From contig JAFLVL010000002.1 of assembly GCA_022508325.1 (NCBI GenBank), positions 1-61,947 of the forward strand: a stretch of 61,947 nucleotides of DNA, given 5' to 3'. This stretch comes from Clostridiales bacterium. Lineage in GTDB: Bacteria; Bacillota; Clostridia; Christensenellales; CAG-314. Below are positions 19,596-30,037 of the stretch, piece by piece. Numbering within the stretch: the first letter of the stretch is position 1; every line of letters begins with the position of its first letter. Below the pieces are notes generated by a model that was not told the origin of the DNA, did no database searches, and saw only the letters and a list, made by a program, of their open reading frames with translations. The translations under genes were made by a program, and so were the position numbers.

Positions 19596-20732
19596 CTACC
19601 TTACTATTTTTCGTAATTCTGTCACGCACTCGGCTAATTTTTCTGCAAGAAACTTGACGTCGTCTTTTGTGTTGTATTTAGAAAAGCTGATACGCAGAAT
19701 TCCCTCAGAGTAATCGGGATTCAGTCCTATAGCTTTGGCAATCCTACTTTGCTTGTTTTTGGAACTGCACGCAGAGCCTGTCCCAACGATTATATCGTAT
19801 TTTTCCAGCATGTGCAACAGTACTTCTCCGCGTATACCTGCAAATGCCAGTGACATTATTGCGGGGCTTGAGTTTTCAGTGCAATTCTCGCGCCACTGCG
19901 GCACAGTAATAAGAGATTGACGGATTGTATCTTTGTATTCTAAAAATTCGGTTGCGTTATCGTTGACTGCAGCGACCGCTTTTGATACGGAATGCGCCAA
20001 TGCCACGATACCGCCGACATATTCCGTGCCGGAACGCAATCCGCGCTCCTGCCCACCACCAAAAAGAATGGGAGAGAGTTTTGAACCACTTTTTACGTAC
20101 AGTCCGCCAATGCCTTTCGTACAATGTATCTTGTGACCTGCGAAGGAGTATAAATCTACCCCAAGGTAGCGTAAATTGACCGGTATTTTTCCTACAGCCT
20201 GAACACCGTCGGAAAAAGTCGCTGTATTAGGATTCTTTGATTTTACTAACGAATTAATAATTCGAACGTCGTTTATTGCGCCTGTTTCGTTATTGACGTG
20301 CATAAAGCATGCAAGCAAAGTGTCATTATCGATTTTAGATAAAAAATCGTCAACGTCTATACGTCCGTCAGACAAAACCTTACTCTGACGCAATTCGTAA
20401 CCGCGGTTGGATAGCTCAGACACAGTATTGAAAACAGCCGAATGTTCTGCCGCCGTCACCACTATGTTGCCATGTTTTGAGCGTAATGAACCATCTATCG
20501 CAAGATTGTTTGCTTCAGTACCGCCGGATGTTATAAGTATTTCGCTAGCAGAGCCTGCGCCGAGAGATTTAGCAATTTTTTCGCGAGCCGTTGCAATATC
20601 GTTAGCTACCTCCAAACTGAATGTGCTACGAGCCGACGGGTTGTAATATTTCTCTGTGTGGTACCGATTGAGTATATCCAAAACGTCCTCATCTACCTTT
20701 GTAGTTGCGCAGTTGTCAAAGTATCTTATCAT
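19596..20732 (-). CDS. cysteine desulfurase (NifS/IscS class V aminotransferase)
   Basis: PLP-lysine context 'HKIHCTKG' and active-site Cys loop 'GSACSS'. Sits directly upstream of thiI. Confidence 0.85.
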   Translation of the reverse strand: MIRYFDNCATTKVDEDVLDILNRYHTEKYYNPSARSTFSLEVANDIATAREKIAKSLGAGSASEILITSGGTEANNLAIDGSLRSKHGNIVVTAAEHSAVFNTVSELSNRGYELRQSKVLSDGRIDVDDFLSKIDNDTLLACFMHVNNETGAINDVRIINSLVKSKNPNTATFSDGVQAVGKIPVNLRYLGVDLYSFAGHKIHCTKGIGGLYVKSGSKLSPILFGGGQERGLRSGTEYVGGIVALAHSVSKAVAAVNDNATEFLEYKDTIRQSLITVPQWRENCTENSSPAIMSLAFAGIRGEVLLHMLEKYDIIVGTGSACSSKNKQSRIAKAIGLNPDYSEGILRISFSKYNTKDDVKFLAEKLAECVTELRKIVR

Positions 20733-20848
20733 TTTTATATTTTTCCTTTCTCGAATAGCACTTTGATCTATAAAAAATTTGATTTCTATGCCATTTTTTT
20801 GATATTATGTCTAAAATAGTATTCTGCAAATTACGAAATATTGGAATA

Positions 20849-23230
20849 CTATTTCAGCGTGAGTACGGTTACGCCGCTTTCGCCCTCGCCGTATACGCCC
20901 AGCCTGAACTCAGCAACGTTTCTATGATGGCGAAAATGTTCGTGTAGCCCCGCGCGAAGTCTACCGGTACCCATTCCGTGAATTACCCAAACTTGAGAGA
21001 TGCCCGCCACTACTGCCGCATCGATAAATTCGTCCACTATCATTATTGCATCGTCAACCGTTTTGCCAATTACGTTTATTTCGTTATTGAAACTTCGGGT
21101 ATTGATTTGCGTTTTTGTATTGTGTGCTCCACCATAATTGCGCGCAGCTTTTTGGTTAACTTCGGACACACTGTTATACAAGTCATTACTGCCAACTTCT
21201 GTTGTGAGGTTTCCCGAGCGGACCTTGATACGGGACTTTGACCTTATTTCCAAGACCTTGACTTGCACATTCATTTTCTTGGAGTATACGATGTCTCCAA
21301 CTTTCAGTTTTGTAAAATCCACTTGGTCTCCGGTAAAGATAATTTCGTCGCCGTCTTCTTCTTGTTTGACCTCAATATTGCTTATCTTTTTTGCCAGATT
21401 GCGCGCGGCAAATAGATCTTTGTCCGAAAGCACATCTTTATTCAGTATTTCTTTTATCTCAGTTACCAGCTCTGCCGCTTCTTCCTTTGCCTTTGAAAGA
21501 ATTTTCTTAGCTTCCTCACGAGAGCTTGCCAGCAGTTTGTCACGCTCGTTTTGCAGACTACCGTTCAACTTTTCAGTGCGTCGTTTTTCTTCCTGCAAAA
21601 GGCGCTGCTCTTCAGCTAATGCTTCCAGCTTCTGCTCATAATCACGACGAATTTCATCGGCATTTTGCAGAACTCTTTCAAATGCCAGTTTTTCGTCGGA
21701 AACGTTGTTTTTCGCGAATTCAATCACGTCATTGCGAAGGCCGAGCTTCGAAGCAATAGCTATTGCATTGGAGCTTCCAGGCACACCCATAATCAGCCGA
21801 TAAGTCGGAGCAAGAGTTTGCAAGTCAAATTCCATTGAAGCGTTTTCCACGCGCGGTGTTGTTAACGAATACTCCTTCAATCGTCCGTAGTGGGTGGTTA
21901 TCACGCCTTTTGCGCCACTTCTGCGTAGAAAGTCGGTAATTGCCAGTGCCAATGCGGCGCCTTCGTTGGGTTCAGTACCCGCGCCCACCTCGTCTATTAG
22001 TACTAAATGTCCTTGCGAACTCACGTTCAGAATATCTCGCAAATTAGTGATATGCCCCGAGAATGTAGAAAGATTTTGCTCAATGCTCTGCTCGTCACCG
22101 ATGTCACACAGCACATCGTCAAAGTATGAAACCACACTATCCTCTTCGCATGGCACAAATAGACCACTCATTGCCATAGCGCACGTCAACCCTACCGTTT
22201 TCAACGTGACAGTTTTGCCGCCGGTATTGGGGCCGGTTATGACTATAATGTCGTAATCTTCGCCTAATTGAACGGAAATTGGCACAACCTTCCTCTTATC
22301 GAGTAGAGGATGCCGCGCCTTTTTCAGTTTCAGGACGCCACTATCATTCAATATCGGCAGCGTGCCTCTATTCTCGAGTGCGTATTTGACCTTACTGAAA
22401 ATGACATCAATGTCGCTAATTGCATCGACGGTCGCGGATATTCGCTCTGCAAATGGTGAAATTCGGTCTGTGAATGCCTGGAGTATTCGCTGAATCTCCG
22501 CCTTTTCGTCCAAAGTTGCTTCGCGCAAAGCGTTGTTCAATTGGACGATTGCCATCGGCTCAATAAACAAAGTCGCGCCGGTAGAGGACTGATCGTGCAC
22601 TATTCCTGAAACAAATGACCTGTATTCCTGCTTGACGGGTATTACGTATCTGTCGCCGCGCAATGTCACTATTGCGTCCTGCAAGTATTTGGAAAGCTCG
22701 CTACTCTTCGTGTAGCTTTGTAGCTTCTGTTTTATATCGGCATTGATGGCTTTTATACGTTTGCGAATGGCGTATAATTCGTCCGAGGCCTTGTCGTTCA
22801 TTTCATCTTCGGACAAAATAGCGAAGTCTATGTCGTCCTCGAGCAGTTTGTCATTGTAGAGCGTGTATGCCTTGGCTTTAAGCAAACTTGTATCCACATC
22901 GTATTCCACAAAAAGAGACGCTTGCAAATGGCGCGCAGTACGTAAAACGCGCATTATTTGAAGAAGCTGTCCCATGGATAGGCAGGATCCAACCCGCGCA
23001 AGGGCGCAAGCTTCCGACACGTCGTCTACTGACAAATCGAAAGAAGATTCGAATTTGAACAAATCGTACGCCTGTTTTGTTTCATTGAGCAACTGTGTCG
23101 CGTCCAAGTAGCTGTTTGCAGGTTTGAGGTTTCTAACCTTCTGTTGTGCAATACTACTAATGCAATGAGCGCTGACAGCGTTCAAGATATCGAAATATTG
23201 TAGTTTATTTAATGTTTTTTCGTTTATCAT
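20849..23230 (-). CDS. mutS2: endonuclease MutS2
   Basis: Walker A 'GPNTGGKT', a long coiled-coil segment, and a C-terminal Smr domain 'VIHGMGTGRLR'. Confidence 0.9.
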   Translation of the reverse strand: MINEKTLNKLQYFDILNAVSAHCISSIAQQKVRNLKPANSYLDATQLLNETKQAYDLFKFESSFDLSVDDVSEACALARVGSCLSMGQLLQIMRVLRTARHLQASLFVEYDVDTSLLKAKAYTLYNDKLLEDDIDFAILSEDEMNDKASDELYAIRKRIKAINADIKQKLQSYTKSSELSKYLQDAIVTLRGDRYVIPVKQEYRSFVSGIVHDQSSTGATLFIEPMAIVQLNNALREATLDEKAEIQRILQAFTDRISPFAERISATVDAISDIDVIFSKVKYALENRGTLPILNDSGVLKLKKARHPLLDKRKVVPISVQLGEDYDIIVITGPNTGGKTVTLKTVGLTCAMAMSGLFVPCEEDSVVSYFDDVLCDIGDEQSIEQNLSTFSGHITNLRDILNVSSQGHLVLIDEVGAGTEPNEGAALALAITDFLRRSGAKGVITTHYGRLKEYSLTTPRVENASMEFDLQTLAPTYRLIMGVPGSSNAIAIASKLGLRNDVIEFAKNNVSDEKLAFERVLQNADEIRRDYEQKLEALAEEQRLLQEEKRRTEKLNGSLQNERDKLLASSREEAKKILSKAKEEAAELVTEIKEILNKDVLSDKDLFAARNLAKKISNIEVKQEEDGDEIIFTGDQVDFTKLKVGDIVYSKKMNVQVKVLEIRSKSRIKVRSGNLTTEVGSNDLYNSVSEVNQKAARNYGGAHNTKTQINTRSFNNEINVIGKTVDDAIMIVDEFIDAAVVAGISQVWVIHGMGTGRLRAGLHEHFRHHRNVAEFRLGVYGEGESGVTVLTLK

Positions 23231-23248
23231 ATTTTTTTAGTTACGTTG

Positions 23249-25513
23249 TTAATTTACTTTTGAGAATAGTCTGCCTTTTGTATAGGGCGCGTTTTCAACA
23301 TAGTCATCAATAACACCAGAGTTAATTTTTGCATAATGCGCGAGAACTAGCTCATCGTAATCTATCAAATATCTTCCGCTTGCGCGTAGTTTGTTGACGA
23401 CGGATAGTTTCTTGCCATTTAATAGTTCAAACGTGCAGCGTGTATCTCTTCTGCGGTAAAATTCAAATTTGTTGCCTAATTCGTCGGTGTAGGCTAAGGG
23501 CATGTTTGCAGCACAGTTTTTACAGGAGCAGTTGTATACAACTTTGTAGGGGCAAAGAACTAATTTCATAAGCGTTAACTTGCCGTCTACAAATATCAGA
23601 CCGCTATGATTAGCAAACTTGGCAATTTCATTTAACGTCAACTCAAGGGAGTAGACGAAAGCTTCGGCGTCGGCAAATTCTCTTACCATCGCGTCGTTGT
23701 ATATATTCAACCCGCTACCAGCGATGTAAGGTAAGTTTAGACGACGCGCCAACTCGACGTGTCCGACGTTGTGACAGACTATGCCGAACTTGCGATTTTT
23801 CAACAATTCCGAAAGGTATTCATTGTCGGAAAATGACGGCAAATCAATAAAGCAATGGATGTCAGAAATGTCGTCCAAAACTGATGAATTAATGACCTGG
23901 GGTTTAAAAATTAGATATTTTGCGCTGTTTTTAGCCTGTTTCAGTTGTTCCTGAGTATAGCAAGTTACTGCCAGAAATCTGTCCTCTAAGTCGAAGTGGT
24001 CGCGTTTGTCTGCCTTAAAGTTATCAACATCTACGCTATCAATGTCAACTGATAATCTGTCATCGAATTGTTTTTCGTAATGCGCAACGATTTCCTCCGT
24101 CAGCTTATGTAACACGTTTCTTCGCATTAAATTAATCTGCGACTTAGCTAGGAATACCTCATGAATATCAACTGCTATGTCTGAAATAGTATAGCACGAT
24201 TCCCCGCTTTTTCGTAATTGCTCAAGCACTTCGTCAACTGTTGTTGGCTTTGTCAGAGCCTGTTCTACAAGGAAATCTGATACGTATTTTACGCAAATCT
24301 CATTGTATTTTGCAGAAATCGTCGCGAGTTGATTAGAATGTGCGGAAAATTCTAGTCTAATAGGCAATGTTTTACGAGCGGACAGAACGTCTTTTGACAG
24401 TTTAGTTGACGTCGTTCGCCGCACTTCCATGCCGTCTCTGACCTTTTTGTCAAATTCGGCACGTATTAAGCCTATTCCTGACTCTATGGCTACTCCGCCA
24501 CAATATTCCACCGAGTCCTTGAAAACCTTGAGTCCATCGCCTTTGGCTATTTCTTTCTCTGCGAGAATTCCATCACCTTTTACCTTTCCAACAGGCACAC
24601 CAATGTGATTTTGTACGTGGGGATAGATAATACCAAAATTTTCGCCCTCCAAGTAACCCAATTTAGTCATTGCACGGTTATACATTTCCGCAAGCTCAAG
24701 TTCATCTTCTCGACTATACGAAAAATTATTTGCGAACAACTTTTTATAAATTCTGCTAGAAATTCCGGCATATTCTGCGCGGCGGTTACGCCCTTCGATT
24801 TTATAAACCGAAACGCCCACCTCCTGCAGCCTTTTGGCGTTCTCAAGTCCGCAGAGATCCCTGGCTGACAATAGATAAATGGGGCTGGAGGAGCCGTTGG
24901 GCGAATAAAGCTTGCGACATGGTTGGGCGCACAAACCTCTATTGCCACTATTCCCACCAACCATTCCAGAAAACAGGCATTGGCCGGACTGACAAACGCA
25001 TGTTGCTCCGTGTATAAAACATTCCGTCTTAACCCCTGTCGAAGCGATGGACTTAATTTCGTCGATGCTGCTTTCGCGAGCGCACACAACAGTGTCAGCT
25101 CCGCACTTTTTCAAAAATTCAGCGCCAAATGCATCGTGAACGTTGAGTTGAGTGCTGGCAACTACGTCGAACGGTTTGGGCAGGGTTGCGGCAATACGCA
25201 TAAGCGCAAGATCGGTCACAATTACACCATCAGCATAGCGCTTATACACTTCATATAAAAGTTTTACAGCCGCACAAAACTCTTCGTTTTTGAGTGAGGT
25301 ATTAATTGCGACGTAAACCTTAACACCATAAAGATGGCAATAGTCAATCCATTCACGAACGTTGTTCAGAGTAAAGTTTTGCGCTTTCATGCGGGCGTTG
25401 AACATGTCTAAACCAAGGTAGACAGAATCGCAACCGTTATTAACGGCTGCAATCAGTTGCTCGACGCTACCTGCGGGAGCAAGTATTTCTACCTTGTGTT
25501 TAGTTGCTGTCAA
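23249..25513 (-). CDS. peptidase U32 family protein
   Basis: U32 signature 'ECFIHGATCVCQSGQCLFS'. TTG start with a GAGGTG Shine-Dalgarno. Confidence 0.8.
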   Translation of the reverse strand: MTATKHKVEILAPAGSVEQLIAAVNNGCDSVYLGLDMFNARMKAQNFTLNNVREWIDYCHLYGVKVYVAINTSLKNEEFCAAVKLLYEVYKRYADGVIVTDLALMRIAATLPKPFDVVASTQLNVHDAFGAEFLKKCGADTVVCARESSIDEIKSIASTGVKTECFIHGATCVCQSGQCLFSGMVGGNSGNRGLCAQPCRKLYSPNGSSSPIYLLSARDLCGLENAKRLQEVGVSVYKIEGRNRRAEYAGISSRIYKKLFANNFSYSREDELELAEMYNRAMTKLGYLEGENFGIIYPHVQNHIGVPVGKVKGDGILAEKEIAKGDGLKVFKDSVEYCGGVAIESGIGLIRAEFDKKVRDGMEVRRTTSTKLSKDVLSARKTLPIRLEFSAHSNQLATISAKYNEICVKYVSDFLVEQALTKPTTVDEVLEQLRKSGESCYTISDIAVDIHEVFLAKSQINLMRRNVLHKLTEEIVAHYEKQFDDRLSVDIDSVDVDNFKADKRDHFDLEDRFLAVTCYTQEQLKQAKNSAKYLIFKPQVINSSVLDDISDIHCFIDLPSFSDNEYLSELLKNRKFGIVCHNVGHVELARRLNLPYIAGSGLNIYNDAMVREFADAEAFVYSLELTLNEIAKFANHSGLIFVDGKLTLMKLVLCPYKVVYNCSCKNCAANMPLAYTDELGNKFEFYRRRDTRCTFELLNGKKLSVVNKLRASGRYLIDYDELVLAHYAKINSGVIDDYVENAPYTKGRLFSKVN

Positions 25514-25560
25514 AATACACCTCTATTGTAAGGATTACGACCTATCTTTCTACAGATTTT

Positions 25561-25580
25561 CGCGACATGGGGTGAGAAAA
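25561..25580. repeat. 20-nt exact repeat CGCGACATGGGGTGAGAAAA, copy 1
   Basis: Identical to 35807-35826. Intergenic, 48-67 nt upstream of the U32 start. Confidence 0.7.
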
Positions 25581-25593
25581 TCCAAGATTTTGC

Positions 25594-27975
25594 TTACTGC
25601 TCGCGCAATACTAAGTTGTATTTTTCTTTAAGCACGCGTAGCGCTTTGCCGCTTTGTTTTTCAATGTCAGAATCTTGCAATGTTCTGTTTCTGTCTCTGA
25701 ATACAACAGTTATAGCCAAGCTCTTTTTGCCTGCGCCAAGTTTCTCGCCACGGTAGACGTCAAATAAATCCGCACTTTCTACAAGTGGTAAGTTCAAAAA
25801 TTCATCCAAAACGTCTTGCGCCGCTACATCCTCGTCACATAGGAAAGCGAAGTCACGGCTAACAGATGGGAACTTTGCGAAAGGTCGATATTTAATTTCT
25901 TTTCGAGTCAATGTGAACAGCGCGTCTAGATTCAACTCGGCAAACCAGCAGTCTACGTCAATATCAAAATTGGATGCTACCTGTGGATGAATTTTGCCGA
26001 ATGATCCAACATCTAATCCTTCAAGGAATATATTGGCTGAGATACCGGGATGAAGAGTGGCCGAACTCGAACGATTGAGTTTGATATTAGCGTCTGTAAT
26101 ACTGCGCACAACTTGCAACACGTCTCTACGGAAATCGTCAAAACTTACATCTGTTGCGCAAATTGAGAGACGATTTTGCTCTATTGGCAGACTCTCAAGA
26201 GGCAATTTATCCGCAAGATAAACCTTTCCAATCTCGAAAAGTCGCAAATCTCGGTTATTTCGTGATAGGTTTAAACCTACACACTGTAGCATATTGGGAG
26301 TCAAGCTGATATTCATTAATGATAATTCTTCGCCTATTGGATTTTTTACTCGAATATACTGTCCTTCATTAACGGCGACACTACTTGCCTTTTCGAAGAG
26401 AGCTTTGCCAGCAAACGGATAGAAAATACACTCGTTATATCTAAGTCCGACAAGAACATTCTTAATTTTGTCACGCAACTTGTCCGCCTCTGTTTTACCG
26501 CCGGTTGTTATGCGCGACTTTGGCATCAGTGTGCCCTTGATATTGTCGTAACCGTACACACGAATGAGTTCTTCAATTATATCGCAGTCACGCGATATGT
26601 CGTCACGGTACGGCGGGACAATGCAATTGACAGAATTGTTGTCGACCGATGTCCGAATATTCAGCGAATTTAAGATTGATATAATTTGTTCATCGGGAAT
26701 TTTAATCCCCAGCAAACTTGCAATCCGTTTTTTGTCGAACTTGATAGTCCTGTTCTGCGCCACTTCACCGACCGAAATTCTTCCGCGAGTAATTTTTCCG
26801 CACCCAAGTTGCTGAATTAGGTGTAAAGCGCGCGACAACCCGAGATTGTTCGTGTAAGTTTCAATTCCCTTTTCGAATCTCGCCGACGAGTCGGAACGCA
26901 ACACCAATCGACGAGCGGTACGTCTTACGTTCATTCTGGCAAAGGTTGCAGATTCGAGCAACACGCAAGTTGTATCGTCTTTAATTCCGGAATTTGCACC
27001 ACCCATAATTCCCGCTAGACCTACGGCGCGCTCTTTGTCCGCAATCACCAAATCGTTACTATTCAAGTCGTACTCCTTGCCGTCAAGAGGAATTATTTTT
27101 TCGCCATCTGTAGCTCTCCGCACCAAAATTTGCTTTTCGCTAATATCTTTGTAATCAAAAGCGTGCATGGGTTGACCTATCTCGTACAAAACGTAGTTGG
27201 TAATGTCGACAAGACTGTTTATTCCGCGCAGTCCTACTTTAGCAAGTCTACTCGTCAGCCATAAAGGTGACTTTTCAATCTTGACGTCGGTAACACCTTG
27301 CATAAAGTATCCTTTGCATATATCGGTAGCCAAAACTTCCACCTTCACAAGGTCGGTTGTAGCGACACTTTCCTCAACGTAATCGATTGCAGGTTCACGA
27401 TAAGTCGTCCCTAGCGCCACTGCAACCTCTCGCGCAAGTCCCAGTACACTATTGCAGTCCTGTCTGTTTGCCGTTACTGCAACGTCCAAAATGTAATCAT
27501 CTATACCGACTTCTTTGCGAATATCCTCGCCGACAGTCGCCGAATTTTGCAACACCAACACGCCGTCAACGTCTGCATTCGGGTACATATCTGCGTTTAT
27601 GCCAAGCTCTTCTGCTCCGCAGAACATACCCCAAGATTCCTCACCGCGCATTTTGCCTTTGGTGATATGCAATCCGTTAGCCAAATTTGCATTATGTAGC
27701 GCAACAGGAACCTTATCTCCCACCTTTACGTGGTGGTCGTTGGTAACAATGGGAATAATTTCGTCGCCAATATCGACCTTACAGCACAAAAGACGCTCCG
27801 CGTTGGGGTGCTGGGCAATGCCTACGATTTGGCAAACTTTTACGTTAGTGACCTTTTCACCAAGATAGACCACTTCTTCAATCTCCCAGCCGATATCGAC
27901 CATTTTTTTGCAAAGCGTATCAATGTCAACGTTGACATCAACGTATTCTTTTAACCAAGAAAGAGGCAATTTCAT
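25594..27975 (-). CDS. pheT: phenylalanine--tRNA ligase beta subunit
   Basis: 793-aa ORF with an N-terminal tRNA-binding domain, B3/4, B5 and a C-terminal anticodon-binding-like domain. Directly downstream of pheS. Confidence 0.92.
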   Translation of the reverse strand: MKLPLSWLKEYVDVNVDIDTLCKKMVDIGWEIEEVVYLGEKVTNVKVCQIVGIAQHPNAERLLCCKVDIGDEIIPIVTNDHHVKVGDKVPVALHNANLANGLHITKGKMRGEESWGMFCGAEELGINADMYPNADVDGVLVLQNSATVGEDIRKEVGIDDYILDVAVTANRQDCNSVLGLAREVAVALGTTYREPAIDYVEESVATTDLVKVEVLATDICKGYFMQGVTDVKIEKSPLWLTSRLAKVGLRGINSLVDITNYVLYEIGQPMHAFDYKDISEKQILVRRATDGEKIIPLDGKEYDLNSNDLVIADKERAVGLAGIMGGANSGIKDDTTCVLLESATFARMNVRRTARRLVLRSDSSARFEKGIETYTNNLGLSRALHLIQQLGCGKITRGRISVGEVAQNRTIKFDKKRIASLLGIKIPDEQIISILNSLNIRTSVDNNSVNCIVPPYRDDISRDCDIIEELIRVYGYDNIKGTLMPKSRITTGGKTEADKLRDKIKNVLVGLRYNECIFYPFAGKALFEKASSVAVNEGQYIRVKNPIGEELSLMNISLTPNMLQCVGLNLSRNNRDLRLFEIGKVYLADKLPLESLPIEQNRLSICATDVSFDDFRRDVLQVVRSITDANIKLNRSSSATLHPGISANIFLEGLDVGSFGKIHPQVASNFDIDVDCWFAELNLDALFTLTRKEIKYRPFAKFPSVSRDFAFLCDEDVAAQDVLDEFLNLPLVESADLFDVYRGEKLGAGKKSLAITVVFRDRNRTLQDSDIEKQSGKALRVLKEKYNLVLREQ

Positions 27976-27987
27976 CGTCTTATCCTC

Positions 27988-29004
27988 CTATTTACCAAAT
28001 TGCTTCAAAAAGCGTTGATCGTTCTCAAACAACAAACGAATATCGGGAATGCCGTATTTTATCATTGCAAAGCGATCCATGCCAATGCCGAAGGCAAAGC
28101 CGTTGTATTTTTTGCTGTCGATGCCGCAGTTCTCCAACACGCAGGGATTGACCATACCGGCGCCAAGCAGTTCTATCCAACCTGTGCCTTTACATAGAGA
28201 ACAGCCTTTTCCGCCACAGTTACTGCAAGTTACGTCCACCTCTACGCTAGGCTCCGTAAATGGAAAAAATGACGGACGGAAACGCACTTTTGTGTTTTCG
28301 CCAAACATGCGCGCGGCAATGTATTCCAAAGTACCTTTGAGGTCGCACAAGGTTATGTTTTTGTCCACGACAAGTCCCTCTATTTGATGGAAAACAGGCG
28401 AGTGTGACGCGTCGCTGTCGGAACGGAACACCTTTCCGGGACAAATGACCTTGATAGGCGGCTTCTTCTTCTCCATAAGTCTAGCCTGCATAGCAGAAGT
28501 CTGTGTGCGTAGCAAAATACTGTCCGTAATGTAGAACGTGTCTTGCATATCACGTGCGGGGTGATCCTCGGGAATGTTCAACGCTTGGAAATTGTAGTAA
28601 TCTGTTTCAATCTCGGGACCTGACAACACCTCAAAGCCCATCGCAACCATGAGCTCGGTTATTTCGTTTTGGATAAGTGTAACAGGGTGCAACGCGCCCC
28701 ATGGCTTGGTTGCTGTGAGACTCACGTCAATACGTTCCTCTTGCAAACGACGCTGCAATTCCGCCACCTTAAGCTCGTCCAGCTTCTCGGCAAGAACAGC
28801 CTCCATTAGATTGCGCAATTCGTTTACTTTTGCGCCAAAGCTCGGACGCTCCTCTGCAGAAAGGTCTTTGATACTTTTAAGCAAACCTGTCAATTCGCCG
28901 GTTTTACCTAGATACTTGACTTTGAGCTCTTGCACTGCCGCAATCGTCGAGCAAGCTGCCAATTCGTCATGAAAGACTGACTTGATTTGTTCGATTTTGT
29001 CCAT
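27988..29004 (-). CDS. pheS: phenylalanine--tRNA ligase alpha subunit
   Basis: Class II aaRS motifs ('FRPSFFPFTEPS', 'GFAFGIGMDR'). Confidence 0.92.
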   Translation of the reverse strand: MDKIEQIKSVFHDELAACSTIAAVQELKVKYLGKTGELTGLLKSIKDLSAEERPSFGAKVNELRNLMEAVLAEKLDELKVAELQRRLQEERIDVSLTATKPWGALHPVTLIQNEITELMVAMGFEVLSGPEIETDYYNFQALNIPEDHPARDMQDTFYITDSILLRTQTSAMQARLMEKKKPPIKVICPGKVFRSDSDASHSPVFHQIEGLVVDKNITLCDLKGTLEYIAARMFGENTKVRFRPSFFPFTEPSVEVDVTCSNCGGKGCSLCKGTGWIELLGAGMVNPCVLENCGIDSKKYNGFAFGIGMDRFAMIKYGIPDIRLLFENDQRFLKQFGK

Positions 29005-29013
29005 ATTTTTCTC

Positions 29014-29255
29014 CTAAAAACGCCCTAAGATGCCAAATAGCAACTTAGGGCGATTAAAATTTACCGCGGTACCACCTAATTTTAAGGAAAACCTTATCTC
29101 TACTGTTTTTTAACGGAAACAACTCGCGAAAAACTACTGTCAGTTCATCTTTCGAACTCGGAAGGGAATATCTTTTTACGCAAAGGCGAGGCTCACACCA
29201 TCCCCCACTCGCTGAAGCTTTGTTGGTCGTAAACTCTTATGCTTCGTCAACGCTT
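29014..29255 (-). promoter_or_regulatory. T-box leader (Phe specifier) controlling pheST
   Basis: On the minus strand the conserved T-box sequence AATTAGGTGGTACCGCGG lies at 29064-29081 (plus-strand coordinates). The terminator CGCCCTAAG/CTTAGGGCG at 29021-29052 is followed by a U-run. A UUC codon in a 'GAG UUC GAAAG' loop context sits at 29154-29156. Confidence 0.85.
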
Positions 29256-29261
29256 TCTTGA

Positions 29262-29290
29262 ATTATATATAATAACTAAGAAAAAGTCAA
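29262..29290 (-). promoter_or_regulatory. consensus sigma-A promoter TTGACT-N17-TATAAT driving the T-box leader
   Basis: The reverse complement of 29285-29290 is TTGACT and of 29262-29267 is TATAAT. Spacer is 17 nt. Confidence 0.6.
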
Positions 29291-29306
29291 GAATTTATAT
29301 AAGATT

Positions 29307-29987
29307 TTACGCCGTGCCAAGCAGCAATCCGCCTTGAAGAAATACGTCCGGAACAGTGCCGATAATTACACTTTCGCAGATGAGTACGGGAGTAGTCGTC
29401 TCGACCTCCAAATGCGATGTCGGCATAATAAGATCCACTTTGCTCTCTACGTAAATGTAAATTCTGTGCAAGGTTTGGTTTATTCCTGCGGTCTCAAAGG
29501 TCGACGTAAAAGTACAATTAACCGCGCCAATGGGCGAAACGGTAACGGTGACTGTGGGGCCTTTCTCCGACAACAGCGGAATACCCGAGAGCGTGCCGAG
29601 AGGAATGTTGACCTCAAAAGCGTTAATTGCGTTAATCTTGCTCTGTGACATTATAGCCGTGTTGCGCGCCAGCAAATTCACCAGCGCGCTATTGGCGGTA
29701 ATCATCGTTATATCGTTGTTGTCGTTGCGCTCGATGCTTACAAAATTTTTGAAGTCCCCACTGTCGGCAAGTGCCACGCAAACAGCGTCATTGACAGCCA
29801 TCGTCGTCTCGGATATCAGTCGCGTTTGAGCAATAGACAAAATCGTCGGCGTCATAGAGCGCCAATAAATCCATAGCGCAAGTATAATTGCCAACACTAC
29901 TATCACGACGAGCGCGCCGGTAAGTCTTGCAATCAATTTGCGACGTTTATTCTGTTTTGCGCTTGTGCTCACTACCGTGTAACGCAT
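29307..29987 (-). CDS. yunB: sporulation protein YunB
   Basis: N-terminal membrane anchor, then YunB-family blocks 'IPLGTLSGIPLLSEKGP', 'AGINQTLHRIYIYV' and 'ESVIIGTVP'. Confidence 0.7.
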   Translation of the reverse strand: MRYTVVSTSAKQNKRRKLIARLTGALVVIVVLAIILALWIYWRSMTPTILSIAQTRLISETTMAVNDAVCVALADSGDFKNFVSIERNDNNDITMITANSALVNLLARNTAIMSQSKINAINAFEVNIPLGTLSGIPLLSEKGPTVTVTVSPIGAVNCTFTSTFETAGINQTLHRIYIYVESKVDLIMPTSHLEVETTTPVLICESVIIGTVPDVFLQGGLLLGTA

Positions 29988-30037
29988 AACCCCACCTTTG
30001 CCACATTATATTCGCTTGTGGGATCAATAGTTACACT

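Noticed and set aside
24667-25089. A 140-aa minus-strand ORF lies in an alternative frame inside the U32 peptidase gene. A similar 83-aa ORF at 37560-37811 overlaps the membrane-protein gene.
   Set aside because: These are same-strand overlapping frames within longer, better-supported genes, and they carry no independent signals.
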